A stretch of DNA of 43,337 bases from Sulfurospirillum sp. (GTDB taxonomy: Bacteria > Campylobacterota > Campylobacteria > Campylobacterales > QNZT01). Positions 41,544-43,337 of this stretch are shown here, piece by piece. The notes under the pieces were generated by a model. It was given only the letters and a program-made list of their open reading frames with translations, was not told where the DNA came from and did no database searches. How positions within the stretch are numbered: position 1 is the stretch's first letter; the number at the start of each line of letters is the position of its first letter. Where the stretch lies: assembly GCA_024762875.1 (NCBI GenBank), contig JANTGR010000001.1:1-43337 (forward strand), in the 5' to 3' direction. A program made the translations under genes and the position numbers.

Positions 41544-42054
41544 CGGTTTTTGTTTACATGGAGAAGCTGTACTGTTTGAAGATTTTTTATGCAAAAGTGA
41601 TTTTTGTGTCAGCGGCTTTAGTTTGGGAGCCATTGAAGCATTTGAATATACTGTCAACTCCACTAGGCGCATTGACAGACTACAGCTTTTTTCACCTGCA
41701 TTTTTTCATGCAGCAGAAAATACATACAAAAGAATGCAGTTGCTTTATTTTAAAAAAGATCAAGCACAGTATGTAAAAAATTTTTTAAAAAATGCAGCAT
41801 ATCCCAGTCAGAAAGATTTAAGCAGATTTTATCATGATGACAGTGTAGATAATCTAGGTAAGTTACTCAATTTTCACTGGTCAAAAGAGAAACTGCAAAC
41901 ACTGCTGGATAGGGGTGTTATGATTGATGTTTATCTGGGAGAAGAAGATAAAATTATTGATGCCAAGAAAGCAAAAATATTTTTTAAAGAATTTGCGACA
42001 GTGTATACGCTTAAAAATGCAGGACATATATTACAAAAGGATAAAAATGGATAA
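41530..42054 (+). CDS. bioV: Pimeloyl-ACP methyl ester esterase BioV-like alpha/beta hydrolase
   Basis: FFSGFCL, nucleophile GFSLG, LFSPAFF, D and H (GEEDKII, AGHIL). Confidence 0.78.
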   Translation: MLFFSGFCLHGEAVLFEDFLCKSDFCVSGFSLGAIEAFEYTVNSTRRIDRLQLFSPAFFHAAENTYKRMQLLYFKKDQAQYVKNFLKNAAYPSQKDLSRFYHDDSVDNLGKLLNFHWSKEKLQTLLDRGVMIDVYLGEEDKIIDAKKAKIFFKEFATVYTLKNAGHILQKDKNG

Positions 42055-42574
42055 AATTAAGATAGGTATAGTCACAGCTTCAGATAGGGCAAGTCAGGGA
42101 ATTTATGAAGATATATCAGGTATGGCAATCATTGAAACCATGAAGGCTTATCTGGAAAATGATTTTGAAGAAATATATCGTTGTATTCCGGATGAGCAGG
42201 ATCTCATTGAAAAAACTCTGATTGAACTCGAAAAGATGGGTTGTGCCCTGATCGTAACAACAGGTGGAACAGGGCCTTCACTGCGTGATGTCACACCGGA
42301 AGCGACGGAAAATGTTTGCCAGAAAATGCTGCCTGGTTTTGGAGAGTTGATGCGGCAGGTCAGTTTACAGTATGTACCGACTGCCATTTTATCACGTCAA
42401 AGTGCCGGAATCAGAAACAAAAGCCTTATCATCAATCTTCCTGGTAAACCAAAATCAATCCGAGAGTGTCTGGATGCTGTTTTCCCGGCTGTGCCATACT
42501 GTATCGATTTGATAGAAGGACCTTTCATGGTTTGTGATGAAAAAGTGATCAAAGCGTTTAGACCGAAAAAATAA
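42047..42574 (+). CDS. mog: Molybdopterin adenylyltransferase
   Basis: TASDRAS, TTGGTG...RDVTPEAT, NLPGKP; ATG at 42047 after AAGGA. Confidence 0.96.
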   Translation: MDKIKIGIVTASDRASQGIYEDISGMAIIETMKAYLENDFEEIYRCIPDEQDLIEKTLIELEKMGCALIVTTGGTGPSLRDVTPEATENVCQKMLPGFGELMRQVSLQYVPTAILSRQSAGIRNKSLIINLPGKPKSIRECLDAVFPAVPYCIDLIEGPFMVCDEKVIKAFRPKK

Positions 42575-42642
42575 AGGGCACATCAACTTATTTTTAGTAA
42601 AGAAGACTATAATAGATAGTACACATTTTATAAGGAGTTATT

Positions 42643-43089
42643 ATGGGTTTTATGGATTTTTTCAAAGATGCCGGTAAAAAATTACTGGGTAAAGGTGATG
42701 ACAATGAAGTCGTCAAAAAAGAGATCGAAGCACATCAGGATACGATGCCGATAGACAATCTGGATGTCGCGGTAGAAGGTGATACTGTGACCATCAAAGG
42801 TAATGCCAAAAATGCTGAAGATCGTGCAAAAGCAGCATTGATCGCCGGTAATATAGAAGGTATTTCAAAAGTCAATGTTGAAGATGTTTCCCTCGAAGAT
42901 GACAGTGCGGAAATTCATGATATCTATTATGAGATTCAAAAAGGTGATACACTCTGGAGAGTCGCTGACATATACTACAAAGACGGTTCACGTTATCCTG
43001 AAATTGTAGCAGCTAACAAAGAAGTCATCAAAGATGCGGATTTGATATATCCGGGACAAATGATTCGTATTCCTAACTTTACAGCATAA
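42643..43089 (+). CDS. BON-LysM protein (Kbp/YgaU-like)
   Basis: MGFMDFFKDAGKKL, BON domain with GNIEGI, LysM KGDTLW...IYPGQMIRIP. Confidence 0.9.
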   Translation: MGFMDFFKDAGKKLLGKGDDNEVVKKEIEAHQDTMPIDNLDVAVEGDTVTIKGNAKNAEDRAKAALIAGNIEGISKVNVEDVSLEDDSAEIHDIYYEIQKGDTLWRVADIYYKDGSRYPEIVAANKEVIKDADLIYPGQMIRIPNFTA

Positions 43090-43107
43090 GGTAAGCGAGT
43101 CTATTTT

Positions 43108-43133
43108 CCAGCGCTAATTTTCTTTAGCGCTGG
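43108..43133. terminator. Bidirectional terminator between BON-LysM gene and valS
   Basis: CCAGCGCTAA-N6-TTAGCGCTGG between convergent genes. Confidence 0.8.
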
Positions 43134-43139
43134 TTGCTA

Positions 43140-43337
43140 TCATGATAGACTTTTTAATTCACTCTCTACTTTTTCCAGTTTGACTTTGGCATTGTCAAGT
43201 TGTGCCCTGTTCTTGGAGAGTACATCTGCCGGTGCATTGGCGACAAATTTTTCATTGCTTAGCATACCGTTTAATTTGCCCAACTCTTTTTCCAGTTTTA
43301 TTTTTTGTGCATTGAGCCTGTCAATGATGGGCTGGAT
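43140..43337 (-). CDS. valS: Valyl-tRNA synthetase C-terminal coiled coil, 5'-truncated by window edge (not in ORF track)
   Basis: Hand translation IQPIIDRLNAQKIKLEKELGKLNGMLSNEKFVANAPADVLSKNRAQLDNAKVKLEKVESELKSLS*; L.NE.FVANAP is the ValS tail motif. Confidence 0.93.
   Translation of the reverse strand: MQPIIDRLNAQKIKLEKELGKLNGMLSNEKFVANAPADVLSKNRAQLDNAKVKLEKVESELKSLS

Larger units (their letters stand above)
162..43147. repeat. Dispersed highly iterated palindrome TATCATGATA (at least 18 exact copies)
   Basis: Copies start at 162, 2669, 4193, 5838, 7677, 10433, 16154, 22420, 23484, 27911, 28586, 30904, 32203, 33297, 36976, 38304, 38912, 43138. Confidence 0.9.

Noticed and set aside
14746-42046. 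ORF-track upstream starts for fumC (14746), sucD (17391), hisD (31385), mtaB (38633), FtsH-like (39870) and mog (41924)
   Set aside because: Downstream starts give family-typical N-termini, most have clear RBSs, and they reduce the overlap with the preceding gene.
70-42387. Many 60-200 aa antisense or alternative-frame ORFs (e.g. 1926-2402, 12367-12963, 22817-23242)
   Set aside because: They overlap well-supported genes and show no recognisable motifs; consistent with shadow ORFs.
162-43147. TATCATGATA as a Fur/PerR box, CRISPR repeat or KOPS site
   Set aside because: It does not match GATAATGATAATCATTATC and most copies are intragenic; copies are dispersed without regular spacers; KOPS-type sites are non-palindromic and strand-polarised.

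Overview
Core-genome window from a flagellated, probably free-living Campylobacterota (Epsilonproteobacteria) bacterium; the taxon is inferred from gene content and order. It holds the 3' part of proA, murA, tRNA-Leu(CAA), hup, flgL-ftsK, a TCA/reverse-TCA cluster (acnB, mltG, icd, mdh, fumC, sucCD, oorDABC) and an accessory block (hypothetical, ycjX-ycjF, class II cytochrome c, an atypical receiver/pseudokinase, a FIST-domain histidine kinase). These are followed by peb4-fbaA, hisD, TetR, an S41 lipoprotein, the conserved COG3400-aroB-mscS-mtaB-ftsH-like run, bioV, mog, a BON-LysM gene and the 3' end of valS. I saw no CRISPR array, prophage or transposase. The strongest unexplained signal is the palindrome TATCATGATA: at least 18 exact copies by eye (16 fit YTATCATGATAR), against about 0.15 expected by hand estimate. 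It sits inside genes and at gene boundaries, like a highly iterated palindrome. Other notable signals: a 37-bp operator-like motif shared by acnB and icd, a 59-bp MITE-like element, a sigma28 promoter driving a pseudokinase next to a possible NO-sensing module, and a probable ATT start for ftsK. All calls were made by eye; no database searches were run.
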